Below, in pieces: positions 42,409-52,736 of a DNA stretch of 64,000 nucleotides; position 1 is the stretch's first letter, and every line of letters starts with the position of its first letter. The stretch is from Escherichia coli. Its GTDB lineage: Bacteria; Pseudomonadota; Gammaproteobacteria; Enterobacterales; Enterobacteriaceae. A program made the position numbers and the translations under genes. The notes beneath the pieces are model-generated. The model worked only from the letters and a program-made list of their open reading frames with translations, had not been told where the DNA came from and did not search any database. Location: the NCBI RefSeq assembly GCF_003991155.1, contig NZ_CP031293.1. One strand, written 5' to 3'.

Positions 42409-44232
42409 TTAATCGTCTTTCGGTGCGCGGTTGGCGCGACGACGATCGTTTTCCGTCAGGTGACGTTTACGAATACGGATAGAGGTCGGAGTCACTTCTA
42501 CCAGTTCGTCATCATCGATGAACTCCAGAGCTTGTTCCAGAGTCATGCGGATAGGCGGAACCAGAACAACGGCTTCGTCAGTACCGGAAGCACGCATGTT
42601 GGTCAGTTTCTTACCGGTCAGGCAGTTTACAGTCAGGTCGTTAGAGCGGCTGTGAATGCCGATAATCTGACCTTCGTAAACTTCTGCACCGTGACCGAGG
42701 AACAGCTTACCGCGGTCCTGCAGACCGAACAGCGCGAACGCTACCGCTTTACCCTGACCGTTAGAGATCAGTACGCCGTTCTGACGCTGACCCACTTCAC
42801 CCGGACGTACGTCGTCGTAGTGGCTGAAGGTGGAGTACAGCAGACCAGTACCGGAAGTCATGGTCATGAACTCAGAACGGAAGCCAATCAGACCACGGCT
42901 TGGGATCACGTAGTCGAGACGTACGCGGCCTTTACCGTCTGGATTCATGTTTTTCAGGTCGCCTTTACGTTCGCCCAGCGCCTGCATCACAGAACCCTGA
43001 TGCTGTTCTTCAACGTCCAGCGTCACGTTTTCATACGGCTCTTGTTTACGACCGTCGATTTCACGGAAGATTACTTTCGGACGGGATACCGCCAGTTCGA
43101 AACCTTCACGACGCATGTTTTCAATAAGAACAGACAGGTGCAGTTCGCCACGACCAGAAACGCGGAACGCATCGGCGTCTTCGGTTTCTTCTACGCGCAG
43201 CGCAACGTTGTGTACCAGTTCTTTGTTCAGACGATCCAGGATCTGACGAGACGTTACGAACTTACCTTCTTTACCGCAGAACGGCGAGGTGTTAACGCAG
43301 AAGAACATAGAAACGGTCGGCTCATCAACGGAGAGTGCCGGCAGCGCTTCAACGTTTTGCGTGTCGCAAACGGTGTCAGAAATGTTCAGTTCGCCCAGGC
43401 CCGTGATCGCCACGATATCGCCAGCTTCCGCCAGATCGGTTTCAATACGTTCCAGACCGAGGTGGCCCAGCACTTTACCGACTTTCGCGTTACGGGTTTT
43501 GCCTTCGCTATCGATGATAGTGACCTGCTGGTTCGGCTTCACTTTACCGCGCTTGATGCGGCCAATGCCGATAACGCCAACATAGCTGTTGTAATCGAGC
43601 TGAGAAATCTGCATCTGGAACGGACCGTCAAGGTCAACGTCCGGCGCAGGAACGTGGTCAACAATCGCCTGATACAGCGGGGTCATGTCTTCCGCCATAT
43701 CTTCGTGGTCCAGACCCGCGATACCGTTCAGCGCAGAAGCGTAAACGATCGGGAAGTCCAGCTGCTCGTCGGTCGCGTCGAGGTTAACGAACAGATCGAA
43801 TACCTGATCCACAACCCAATCAGGACGCGCGCCAGGGCGGTCAACTTTGTTGATAACAACAATCGGCTTCAGGCCGTAAGCAAACGCTTTTTTGGTTACG
43901 AAGCGCGTTTGCGGCATCGGGCCGTCAAATGCGTCAACCACCAGCAGCACTGAGTCTACCATGGACATTACACGTTCAACTTCACCACCGAAGTCGGCGT
44001 GCCCCGGGGTATCAACGATGTTGATACGGTAATCATTCCATTTGATAGCGGTGTTTTTCGCGAGGATGGTAATCCCACGCTCTTTCTCCAAATCGTTGGA
44101 GTCCATCACGCGCTCTTGGGTTTCGGCACGAGAGTCGAACGTACCGGATTGTTGGAGCAGCTTGTCTACCAGGGTGGTTTTACCATGGTCTACGTGCGCG
44201 ATGATGGCGATATTACGCAATTTTTCGATCAC
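42409..44232 (-). CDS. typA: Ribosome-associated translational GTPase BipA/TypA
   Basis: 607 aa; G1 [21 protein letters not shown] motifs; EF-G-like architecture. Confidence 0.93.
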   Translation of the reverse strand: MIEKLRNIAIIAHVDHGKTTLVDKLLQQSGTFDSRAETQERVMDSNDLEKERGITILAKNTAIKWNDYRINIVDTPGHADFGGEVERVMSMVDSVLLVVDAFDGPMPQTRFVTKKAFAYGLKPIVVINKVDRPGARPDWVVDQVFDLFVNLDATDEQLDFPIVYASALNGIAGLDHEDMAEDMTPLYQAIVDHVPAPDVDLDGPFQMQISQLDYNSYVGVIGIGRIKRGKVKPNQQVTIIDSEGKTRNAKVGKVLGHLGLERIETDLAEAGDIVAITGLGELNISDTVCDTQNVEALPALSVDEPTVSMFFCVNTSPFCGKEGKFVTSRQILDRLNKELVHNVALRVEETEDADAFRVSGRGELHLSVLIENMRREGFELAVSRPKVIFREIDGRKQEPYENVTLDVEEQHQGSVMQALGERKGDLKNMNPDGKGRVRLDYVIPSRGLIGFRSEFMTMTSGTGLLYSTFSHYDDVRPGEVGQRQNGVLISNGQGKAVAFALFGLQDRGKLFLGHGAEVYEGQIIGIHSRSNDLTVNCLTGKKLTNMRASGTDEAVVLVPPIRMTLEQALEFIDDDELVEVTPTSIRIRKRHLTENDRRRANRAPKDD

Positions 44233-44383
44233 AACTTTGCCTCAGGCATTAGAAATAGCGCGTTATTGTACACGGATTAATCGCACTACAAAACAGGATC
44301 ACAAACATCCTCCGCAAACAAGTATTGCAGAGTCCCTTTGTGATCGCTTTCACGGAGCATAAAAAGGGTTATCCAAAGGTCAT

Positions 44384-44470
44384 TGCACCAACATGGTGCT
44401 TAATGTTTCCATTGAAGCACTATATTGGTGCAACATTCACATCATGGTGCAGCCCTTTTGCACGATGTTA
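44384..44470 (+). promoter_or_regulatory. NtrC (NRI) enhancer sites upstream of glnA
   Basis: Repeated TGCACCA-N3-TGGTGCA-type half-site pairs: tgcaccaacatggtgct, gcactatattggtgca, plus two further partial sites. Confidence 0.8.
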
Positions 44471-44504
44471 AGCATGATAACGCCTTTTAGGGGCAATTTA
44501 AAAG

Positions 44505-44521
44505 TTGGCACAGATTTCGCT
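44505..44521 (+). promoter_or_regulatory. Sigma-54 promoter glnAp2
   Basis: TTGGCACAGATTTCGCT matches the TGGCAC-N5-TTGC(A/T) -24/-12 consensus about 85 bp upstream of the glnA ATG. Confidence 0.85.
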
Positions 44522-44604
44522 TTATCTTTTTTACGGCGACACGGCCAAAATAATTGCAGATTTCGTTACCACGACGACCATGACCAATCCAGGAGAGTTA
44601 AAGT

Positions 44605-46014
44605 ATGTCCGCTGAACACGTACTGACGATGCTGAACGAGCACGAAGTGAAGTTTGTTGATTTGCGCTTCACCGATACCAAAGGTAAAGAACAGCACGTC
44701 ACTATCCCTGCTCATCAGGTGAATGCTGAATTCTTCGAAGAAGGCAAAATGTTTGACGGCTCCTCGATTGGCGGCTGGAAAGGCATTAACGAATCCGACA
44801 TGGTGCTGATGCCAGACGCATCCACCGCAGTGATTGACCCGTTCTTCGCGGATTCTACCCTGATTATCCGTTGCGACATCCTTGAACCTGGCACCCTGCA
44901 AGGCTATGACCGTGACCCGCGCTCTATTGCGAAGCGCGCCGAAGATTACCTGCGTTCCACTGGCATTGCCGACACCGTACTGTTCGGGCCAGAACCTGAA
45001 TTCTTCCTGTTCGATGACATCCGTTTCGGATCATCTATCTCCGGTTCCCACGTTGCTATCGACGATATCGAAGGCGCATGGAACTCCTCCACCCAATACG
45101 AAGGTGGTAACAAAGGTCACCGTCCGGCAGTGAAAGGCGGTTACTTCCCGGTTCCGCCGGTAGACTCTGCTCAGGATATTCGTTCTGAAATGTGTCTGGT
45201 GATGGAACAGATGGGTCTGGTGGTTGAAGCCCATCACCACGAAGTAGCGACTGCTGGTCAGAACGAAGTGGCTACCCGCTTCAATACCATGACCAAAAAA
45301 GCTGACGAAATTCAGATCTACAAATATGTTGTGCACAACGTAGCGCACCGCTTCGGTAAAACTGCGACCTTTATGCCAAAACCGATGTTCGGTGATAACG
45401 GCTCCGGTATGCACTGCCACATGTCGCTGTCTAAAAACGGCGTTAACCTGTTTGCTGGCGACAAATACGCAGGTCTGTCTGAACAGGCGCTGTACTACAT
45501 TGGCGGCGTAATCAAACACGCGAAAGCGATTAATGCCCTGGCAAACCCGACCACCAACTCTTACAAGCGTCTGGTCCCGGGCTACGAAGCACCGGTAATG
45601 CTGGCTTACTCTGCGCGTAACCGTTCTGCGTCTATCCGTATTCCGGTGGTTTCTTCTCCGAAAGCACGTCGTATCGAAGTACGTTTCCCGGACCCGGCGG
45701 CTAACCCGTACCTGTGCTTTGCTGCCCTGCTGATGGCCGGTCTTGACGGTATCAAGAACAAGATCCATCCGGGCGAAGCGATGGACAAAAACCTGTATGA
45801 CCTGCCGCCGGAAGAAGCGAAAGAGATCCCACAGGTTGCTGGTTCTCTGGAAGAAGCACTGAACGAACTGGATCTGGACCGCGAGTTCCTGAAAGCCGGT
45901 GGCGTGTTCACTGATGAAGCGATCGATGCGTACATCGCTCTGCGTCGCGAAGAAGATGACCGTGTGCGTATGACTCCGCATCCGGTAGAGTTTGAGCTGT
46001 ACTACAGCGTCTAA
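44605..46014 (+). CDS. glnA: Glutamine synthetase
   Basis: 469 aa, [28 protein letters not shown]...; adenylylation-site region present. Confidence 0.95.
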
Positions 46015-46072
46015 TAGTTGAAGTTGTACTACCCGGCGCAACAACGCCGGGATTTAGTTGCCGTGGAAACTT

Positions 46073-46100
46073 TCAGCCCATCTCTGCATGGGCTTTTTTC
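46073..46100 (+). terminator. Intrinsic terminator after glnA
   Basis: agcccatctctgcatgggct hairpin followed by tttttct. Confidence 0.7.
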
Positions 46101-46144
46101 TCCGTCAATTCTCTGATGCTTCGCGCTTTTTATCCGTAAAAAGC

Positions 46145-46166
46145 TATAATGCACTAAAATGGTGCA
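46145..46166 (+). promoter_or_regulatory. glnL promoter with overlapping NtrC operator
   Basis: tataat -10 element followed by gcactaaaatggtgca NtrC-type palindrome just upstream of glnL. Confidence 0.7.
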
Positions 46167-46187
46167 ACCTGTTCAGGAGACTGCTTT

Positions 46188-47237
46188 ATGGCAACAGGCA
46201 CGCAGCCCGATGCTGGGCAGATCCTCAACTCGCTGATTAACAGTATTTTGTTAATTGATGACAATCTGGCGATCCATTACGCCAACCCCGCCGCGCAACA
46301 ACTGCTCGCCCAAAGCTCCCGCAAATTGTTTGGTACGCCGTTACCGGAACTGTTGAGCTACTTCTCATTAAATATCGAGCTGATGCAAGAAAGTCTGGAG
46401 GCGGGGCAAGGTTTTACCGATAACGAAGTGACGCTGGTCATCGACGGGCGCTCGCATATCCTTTCTGTGACGGCCCAGCGTATGCCGGACGGCATGATCC
46501 TGCTGGAGATGGCTCCGATGGATAACCAGCGCCGCTTAAGTCAGGAACAGCTACAGCACGCCCAGCAGGTTGCTGCCCGTGATTTAGTGCGCGGCCTGGC
46601 ACATGAGATTAAAAATCCGCTTGGCGGTTTACGTGGCGCGGCGCAGCTGCTCAGCAAAGCGTTACCTGACCCATCACTACTCGAATATACCAAAGTGATT
46701 ATCGAACAGGCGGACCGGCTGCGAAATCTGGTCGACCGTCTGTTGGGGCCGCAGCTGCCCGGTACGCGCGTTACCGAAAGTATTCACAAAGTGGCTGAAC
46801 GCGTGGTAACGCTGGTGTCGATGGAACTGCCGGACAACGTGCGGTTGATTCGTGATTACGATCCCAGCCTGCCGGAACTGGCGCACGACCCGGATCAAAT
46901 TGAACAGGTCTTGCTGAATATTGTGCGCAATGCGCTACAGGCGCTGGGGCCGGAAGGCGGTGAAATCATTCTGCGTACCCGCACCGCGTTTCAACTGACC
47001 TTACACGGCGAGCGCTACCGGCTGGCGGCGCGGATTGATGTGGAAGATAACGGGCCGGGCATTCCGCCTCATTTGCAGGATACGCTGTTTTACCCGATGG
47101 TCAGCGGCCGCGAAGGTGGCACCGGGCTTGGCTTATCCATCGCTCGTAATTTGATTGATCAGCATTCAGGCAAAATTGAATTTACCAGTTGGCCAGGGCA
47201 TACCGAGTTCTCGGTTTACCTGCCTATCAGGAAATAA
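46188..47237 (+). CDS. glnL: Nitrogen regulation sensor histidine kinase NtrB (NRII)
   Basis: 349 aa; H-box [11 protein letters not shown]; HATPase_c G-boxes (DNGPGI, GTGLGL). Confidence 0.93.
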
Positions 47238-47248
47238 AGGTGACGTTT

Positions 47249-48658
47249 ATGCAACGAGGGATAGTCTGGGTAGTCGATGACGATAGTTCCATCCGTTGGG
47301 TGCTTGAACGTGCGCTCGCTGGGGCAGGTTTAACCTGTACGACGTTTGAGAACGGCGCAGAAGTGCTGGAGGCGCTGGCGAGCAAAACGCCGGATGTGCT
47401 GCTTTCAGATATCCGTATGCCGGGAATGGACGGGCTGGCGCTGCTCAAGCAGATTAAACAGCGCCATCCAATGCTTCCGGTCATCATTATGACCGCACAT
47501 TCCGATCTTGATGCTGCCGTCAGCGCCTATCAACAAGGGGCGTTTGATTATCTGCCCAAACCGTTTGATATCGACGAAGCCGTGGCGCTGGTTGAGCGCG
47601 CCATCAGTCATTACCAGGAACAGCAGCAGCCGCGTAATGTTCAGCTTAACGGCCCAACGACCGATATCATCGGCGAAGCGCCAGCCATGCAGGACGTGTT
47701 CCGTATTATCGGTCGGCTTTCGCGTTCTTCTATTAGCGTGCTGATTAACGGCGAATCCGGCACCGGTAAAGAACTGGTCGCTCATGCCCTGCATCGCCAC
47801 AGTCCGCGAGCCAAAGCGCCGTTTATCGCGCTGAATATGGCAGCTATCCCAAAAGATTTGATCGAATCAGAACTGTTTGGTCACGAGAAAGGCGCGTTTA
47901 CCGGCGCGAATACCATTCGTCAGGGGCGTTTTGAACAGGCTGATGGCGGTACATTATTCCTCGATGAAATTGGCGATATGCCGCTGGATGTGCAGACGCG
48001 TTTGCTGCGCGTGCTGGCAGACGGTCAGTTTTACCGCGTTGGCGGCTATGCGCCGGTGAAAGTGGATGTGCGGATTATCGCTGCCACTCACCAGAATCTT
48101 GAACAGCGGGTGCAGGAAGGTAAGTTCCGTGAGGATCTGTTCCACCGCCTGAACGTTATCCGCGTTCATCTGCCGCCACTGCGTGAGCGTCGGGAAGATA
48201 TTCCCCGTCTGGCACGCCATTTTTTACAGGTTGCCGCGCGAGAGCTGGGCGTAGAAGCGAAGTTGCTGCATCCGGAAACCGAAGCCGCGCTGACGCGTCT
48301 GGCGTGGCCAGGCAACGTGCGCCAGCTGGAAAACACCTGTCGCTGGCTAACGGTGATGGCCGCCGGGCAGGAAGTGTTGATTCAGGATTTGCCCGGTGAA
48401 CTGTTTGAATCAACGGTTGCGGAGAGTACTTCGCAAATGCAACCGGACAGTTGGGCGACACTTTTAGCGCAGTGGGCAGATCGGGCGCTACGTTCCGGTC
48501 ATCAAAATCTGCTTTCCGAAGCGCAGCCTGAGCTGGAGCGGACGTTACTGACGACCGCGTTGCGACATACGCAGGGGCATAAACAGGAAGCAGCGCGGCT
48601 ACTTGGCTGGGGCCGTAACACCCTGACGCGTAAGTTAAAAGAGCTGGGAATGGAGTGA
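47249..48658 (+). CDS. glnG: Nitrogen regulation response regulator NtrC (NRI), sigma-54 activator
   Basis: 469 aa from ATG 47249; receiver domain (VVDDD), AAA+ sigma-54 interaction domain ([14 protein letters not shown]), C-terminal HTH. Confidence 0.93.
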   Translation: MQRGIVWVVDDDSSIRWVLERALAGAGLTCTTFENGAEVLEALASKTPDVLLSDIRMPGMDGLALLKQIKQRHPMLPVIIMTAHSDLDAAVSAYQQGAFDYLPKPFDIDEAVALVERAISHYQEQQQPRNVQLNGPTTDIIGEAPAMQDVFRIIGRLSRSSISVLINGESGTGKELVAHALHRHSPRAKAPFIALNMAAIPKDLIESELFGHEKGAFTGANTIRQGRFEQADGGTLFLDEIGDMPLDVQTRLLRVLADGQFYRVGGYAPVKVDVRIIAATHQNLEQRVQEGKFREDLFHRLNVIRVHLPPLRERREDIPRLARHFLQVAARELGVEAKLLHPETEAALTRLAWPGNVRQLENTCRWLTVMAAGQEVLIQDLPGELFESTVAESTSQMQPDSWATLLAQWADRALRSGHQNLLSEAQPELERTLLTTALRHTQGHKQEAARLLGWGRNTLTRKLKELGME

Positions 48659-48769
48659 TTCACGGCTTGTGTGTAAAGATTGATTATTGAGCGCAAATTG
48701 CTGGTATTTTGCGCTTTACTGTTCCGATAAGTTCAGTATGATCTTGCCCGGAAAACGGGGAGAGTCATT

Positions 48770-48880
48770 ATGCTGGAATCAATAATTAATCTGGTATCGA
48801 GTGGCGCAGTTGACAGCCACACACCACAAACTGCCGTTGCTGCCGTGCTGTGTGCCGCGATGATTGGGCTGTTTAGTTGA
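48770..48880 (+). CDS. yshB: Small protein YshB (36 aa)
   Basis: ATG with GGGGAGAG Shine-Dalgarno upstream; encodes MLESIINLVSSGAVDSHTPQTAVAAVLCAAMIGLFS. Below the track's length cutoff. Confidence 0.6.
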   Translation: MLESIINLVSSGAVDSHTPQTAVAAVLCAAMIGLFS

Positions 48881-48912
48881 GTTTCAGATTGCTGATGAAG
48901 TGCTCTTTGTTC

Positions 48913-49010
48913 ATGCCGGATGCGGCGTGAACGCCTTATCCGGCCTGCAAAAGCAATATTTTCAACAGGTTTTGTAGGCCTGATAAGCGTAGCGCATCAG
49001 GCAATCTTGT
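48913..49010. repeat. REP/BIME palindromic elements
   Basis: gccggatgcggcgtgaacgccttatccggcc and aggcctgataagcgtagcgcatcaggc between glnG/yshB and hemN. Confidence 0.75.
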
Positions 49011-49069
49011 TCTCAGCACATTGATGGCGCTTTCGTTTTCTACTTTGTAAACGAAGCGCCATTCACTAT

Positions 49070-50443
49070 TTAAATCACCCGTGAGAACTGCTGCATCCGC
49101 GCTTTCTGGCGCAGATAGGTATCAAAGCACATGCAAATGTTGCGGATCAGCAAGCGACCTTTCGCCGTCACTTGAATCCCCTTCTCATCCACATCCACCA
49201 GCCCATCTTTTGCTAACGGGGCGAGCAGCTTGAGATCTTCCGCAAAGTAATCAGCGAAGTGCAAATCCCACTGTTGCTCAATGGGAGCGTAATCCAGACG
49301 GAAGTTGCAGATGAGCGACTTAATCACATCGCGGCGAATACAGTCATCACGCGTTAGCGCAATACCACGCCACAGCGCATTGCCTTGTTCATCCACTTGC
49401 TGATAGTACTGCTTCAACTCTTTCTGGTTCTGCGCGTAGCAGTCGCCAATCATGCTGATGGCGGAAACGCCCATCCCCAGCAAATCGGTATCGCCCTGAG
49501 TGGTATAGCCCTGGAAGTTACGATGCAACACGCCTTCGCGCTGGGCCACTGCCAGCTCGTCATCAGGGCGAGCAAAGTGATCCATACCGATAAACTGATA
49601 GCCCGATTGTGTCAGGAAGGCGATGGTTTCCTGCAAGATATCGAGTTTTTGTTGCGGACTCGGCAAGTCAGCATCTTTGATTTTGCGTTGGGCGGCAAAA
49701 ATAGTTGGCAGATGCGCGTAGTTAAAGACGCTCAGACGATCGGGGTTCAGCTCCGCCACACGTTTCAGGGTAAAGGCAAAACTTTCCGGCGTCTGTTTCG
49801 GCAGACCGTAAATCAGGTCGATGTTGGTGGAGGTAAAGCCAATCTCACGCGCATGGTTAAGCAGTGCAAAGATGAACTCTTCATCCTGCTCGCGGTTAAC
49901 CAGACGTTGCACTTCTTTGTTGAAGTCCTGCACGCCCATGCTCAGGCGATTAAAGCCCTCGGCGCGTAAATGATCGAGTACATCCAGTTCGATTTCGCGC
50001 GGATCGACTTCGATCGAAATCTCCGCATCGGCATTGAACTGGAAGTTTTCGCGCAGCAGCTTCATCAGACGGCTGATTTGCGCTTTGTTCAGATACGTCG
50101 GCGTACCACCGCCCCAGTGCAGCTGGCTCACCTTGCGCCCGGCAAAAAGCGGTGCACGATGGACGATTTCTTGCTCCAGCGCGTCCAGATACTGATCGGC
50201 CTTGTGCTGCTGGCGAGTAACTATCTTATTGCAACCGCAGAAGTAACAAAGCTTATGGCAGAACGGAATATGTACGTAGAGAGATAATGGACGCTCAGGA
50301 TAGCGCGCCACGGCTTGTAAAAACGCCTGTTCGCCGAAGTCTTCTGAAAACTCCAGCGCGGTCGGGTACGAGGTGTATCGTGGCCCGGAATAGTTATATT
50401 TCTGGATCAGGGCCAGATCCCAGTCGATTTGCTGTACAGACAT
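49070..50443 (-). CDS. hemN: Oxygen-independent coproporphyrinogen III oxidase (radical SAM)
   Basis: 457 aa from internal ATG; CxxxCxxC radical-SAM motif (CHKLCYFCGC). Confidence 0.93.
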   Translation of the reverse strand: MSVQQIDWDLALIQKYNYSGPRYTSYPTALEFSEDFGEQAFLQAVARYPERPLSLYVHIPFCHKLCYFCGCNKIVTRQQHKADQYLDALEQEIVHRAPLFAGRKVSQLHWGGGTPTYLNKAQISRLMKLLRENFQFNADAEISIEVDPREIELDVLDHLRAEGFNRLSMGVQDFNKEVQRLVNREQDEEFIFALLNHAREIGFTSTNIDLIYGLPKQTPESFAFTLKRVAELNPDRLSVFNYAHLPTIFAAQRKIKDADLPSPQQKLDILQETIAFLTQSGYQFIGMDHFARPDDELAVAQREGVLHRNFQGYTTQGDTDLLGMGVSAISMIGDCYAQNQKELKQYYQQVDEQGNALWRGIALTRDDCIRRDVIKSLICNFRLDYAPIEQQWDLHFADYFAEDLKLLAPLAKDGLVDVDEKGIQVTAKGRLLIRNICMCFDTYLRQKARMQQFSRVI

Positions 50444-50631
50444 GCTCACTCCTTCCGATGGCGTCTCTGGCGGCTACGGCGTACCGGCGGATGCCCGTTT
50501 CGGGTCATCAGCCGGTTGCGCAGCCACTTTTGTCGCCGCGACAACCGCTGTAGTTTAACGAATAACCACACCAGATAACATATAACCGGAAGGGTTATCA
50601 GCAGAACGGGAAGGCCCACGGCGGCAATCCG

Positions 50632-51141
50632 TTAGTTGCCCCGCAGCAGACGCATCATGTCTTCTTGCTTCTCGTCTTCTTCCTCTTCTTCGTCATCGTC
50701 ATAAGAGAGGCCGAGTTTCTGCATCAACTCATCAATACGATCCAGTTTAGCATCCACCCAGGATTGCTCTTCGGCGCTCAGGGTTTCGCCTGCTTCCAGA
50801 CGTTCCAGCAGCGCATCCAGACGCTCATCCGTTTCCAGTAATTCCAACTCCGCCTGCGGTGAAAGCATAGGTTTCTCACTCTTCGGTTTGTGCTGTTTGG
50901 TGACTTTTTCAGTCACGCCCAATGGAATAGGGGTTTTACTGCCAATACGTGGATCTTTTGGTGCGTTCTGGCCTTTGCTGCCTGACGAGGTGTTACCGCC
51001 CGCTGCGCGGCTGCCCGGCGCATGACCACGACGTTTTTTCTGACGCTTACGGTCACGAGCTTCCTGATCCAGCTCCTCGCGTGTTTTTCGACGCGCTTTT
51101 GCATGACCTTTGCTGCGTGAGTTTGAAGATGATGGTTTCAT
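50632..51141 (-). CDS. yihI: Der GTPase-activating protein
   Basis: 169 aa from internal ATG ([12 protein letters not shown]...), highly basic N-terminus and acidic C-terminus; track ORF extends into csrC. Confidence 0.85.
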
Positions 51142-51211
51142 AATGGTTCGTCTTTTAGCCGTTTTATTCAGTATAGATTTGCGGCGGAATCTAACAGAAA
51201 GCAAGCAAAGA

Positions 51212-51462
51212 AAAAAGGCGACAGATTACTCTGTCGCCTTTTTTCCTGACTCATAACCCTTAACGGGTCTTACAATCCTTGCAGGCCGCCAACACACCCT
51301 GTTTTTCCATTAGCCGGAACAATCCGTGTTGATTCCATTTCCGTTTAATTACGTCTCCGGACGTTTGTCTTCCTGACAATCCTCTGTCTTCGCCTCCTGG
51401 CGCTCCTGACCCTCATCCTGAGTCATTGTTCCTGTTAGCGTCCTCGCTCTATGGGTGCTACT
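51212..51462 (-). ncRNA. csrC: CsrC small RNA (CsrA-sequestering)
   Basis: Minus strand reads ATAGAGCGAGGACGC... with many AGGA/GGA motifs, ending in hairpin ggcgacagagtaatctgtcgcc plus T-run; lies between engB and yihI as in K-12. Confidence 0.85.
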
Positions 51463-51722
51463 TTACGCCTTTGCTTTAAACAAACAATCAACCGCCATCA
51501 GTATTTGCACATTTTCAGAGTTTTATATAAAAGCAATTAACTGATTTATATAGCTTATTTGACATGCATCGCAGAATTTTCTCTGCTATTTCGCATAAAG
51601 ACTATCGGCAATGTCTCACAAAGCGTATGGCTTTTACTTACAACGCTCACGCCGAAAAATCCGCCTTTTATTATGGTTCAGGTATAATCGCCGCAAAGCT
51701 TTGACTGACGGAGACGACCGCT

Positions 51723-52355
51723 TTGACTAATTTGAATTATCAACAGACGCATTTTGTGATGAGTGCGCCTGATATTCGCCACCTACCTTCCGATACCGGA
51801 ATTGAAGTGGCTTTTGCAGGCCGTTCCAACGCAGGTAAATCCAGCGCGCTGAACACGCTGACTAACCAGAAAAGCCTGGCGCGGACCTCAAAAACCCCAG
51901 GGCGCACCCAGCTTATCAACCTGTTTGAAGTGGCTGACGGCAAGCGTCTGGTTGACTTGCCTGGGTACGGTTATGCGGAAGTCCCGGAAGAGATGAAGCG
52001 CAAATGGCAGCGCGCGCTCGGCGAGTACCTCGAAAAACGTCAGAGCCTGCAAGGTCTGGTGGTGCTAATGGATATTCGCCATCCGCTGAAAGATTTGGAT
52101 CAGCAGATGATTGAGTGGGCGGTAGACAGCAATATCGCCGTGCTGGTGCTGCTGACCAAAGCGGACAAACTGGCAAGCGGCGCACGTAAAGCGCAATTGA
52201 ATATGGTGCGTGAAGCGGTGCTGGCGTTTAACGGTGATGTGCAGGTTGAAACCTTCTCTTCACTGAAGAAACAAGGCGTGGACAAGCTGCGGCAGAAACT
52301 GGATACCTGGTTTAGCGAGATGCAGCCTGTAGAAGAAACGCAGGACGGCGAATAA
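51723..52355 (+). CDS. engB: Ribosome biogenesis GTPase EngB/YsxC
   Basis: 210 aa; [10 protein letters not shown]1 motif; apparent TTG start. Confidence 0.9.
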
Positions 52356-52373
52356 TTTTCTTGCCTTAATGCT

Positions 52374-52456
52374 TGTGCCGGATGTGGCGTATCCGGCCAG
52401 TAAATTCAATAGATTACACTTCTACCGTTGGCCTGATAAACATGGCGCATCAGGCA
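52374..52456. repeat. REP/BIME palindromic elements
   Basis: gccggatgtggcgtatccggcc and tggcctgataaacatggcgcatcaggc. Confidence 0.75.
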
Positions 52457-52480
52457 TTACGGATCTTTTCTTTCGCCCAA

Positions 52481-52589
52481 TAAAAAACGCCCCAGTCATT
52501 ACTGACTGGGGCGGCTAAAATATTCAGCCAAATCCGATTACGTGAAGTAAAAGGTCTGAAAGATAGAACATCTTACCTCTGTACCCTAC
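52481..52589 (-). ncRNA. spf: Spot 42 small RNA
   Basis: Minus strand reads GTAGGGTACAGAGGTAAGATGTTCTATCTTTCAGACC...CCCCAGTCAGTAATGACTGGGGCGTTTTTTA; 109 nt, downstream of polA. Confidence 0.9.
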
Positions 52590-52736
52590 GCGACTAACTT
52601 TACTCTTTTTTGTTCAGTTCAGAAAGCATTTTTTGTAATTTTTTTTCAGTTGTTGCATAGGAATTTCTAATAGCCATCACAAAACGTGACAGCTTATGTT
52701 GCTTACTTACGAAAAAAGGGCATGTTCAGGCGAATC

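Noticed and set aside
42460-43953. 497-aa plus-strand ORF
   Set aside because: Lies entirely antisense to typA, which has clear GTPase motifs; the ORF is Arg/Val/Phe-rich, typical of the antisense frame of a GC3-biased gene.
45031-46044. 337-aa minus-strand ORF
   Set aside because: Antisense to glnA; no motifs, and glnA is unambiguous.
50632-51204. Extended 190-aa form of yihI
   Set aside because: The upstream extension would run into the csrC terminator; the internal ATG giving 169 aa is the plausible start.
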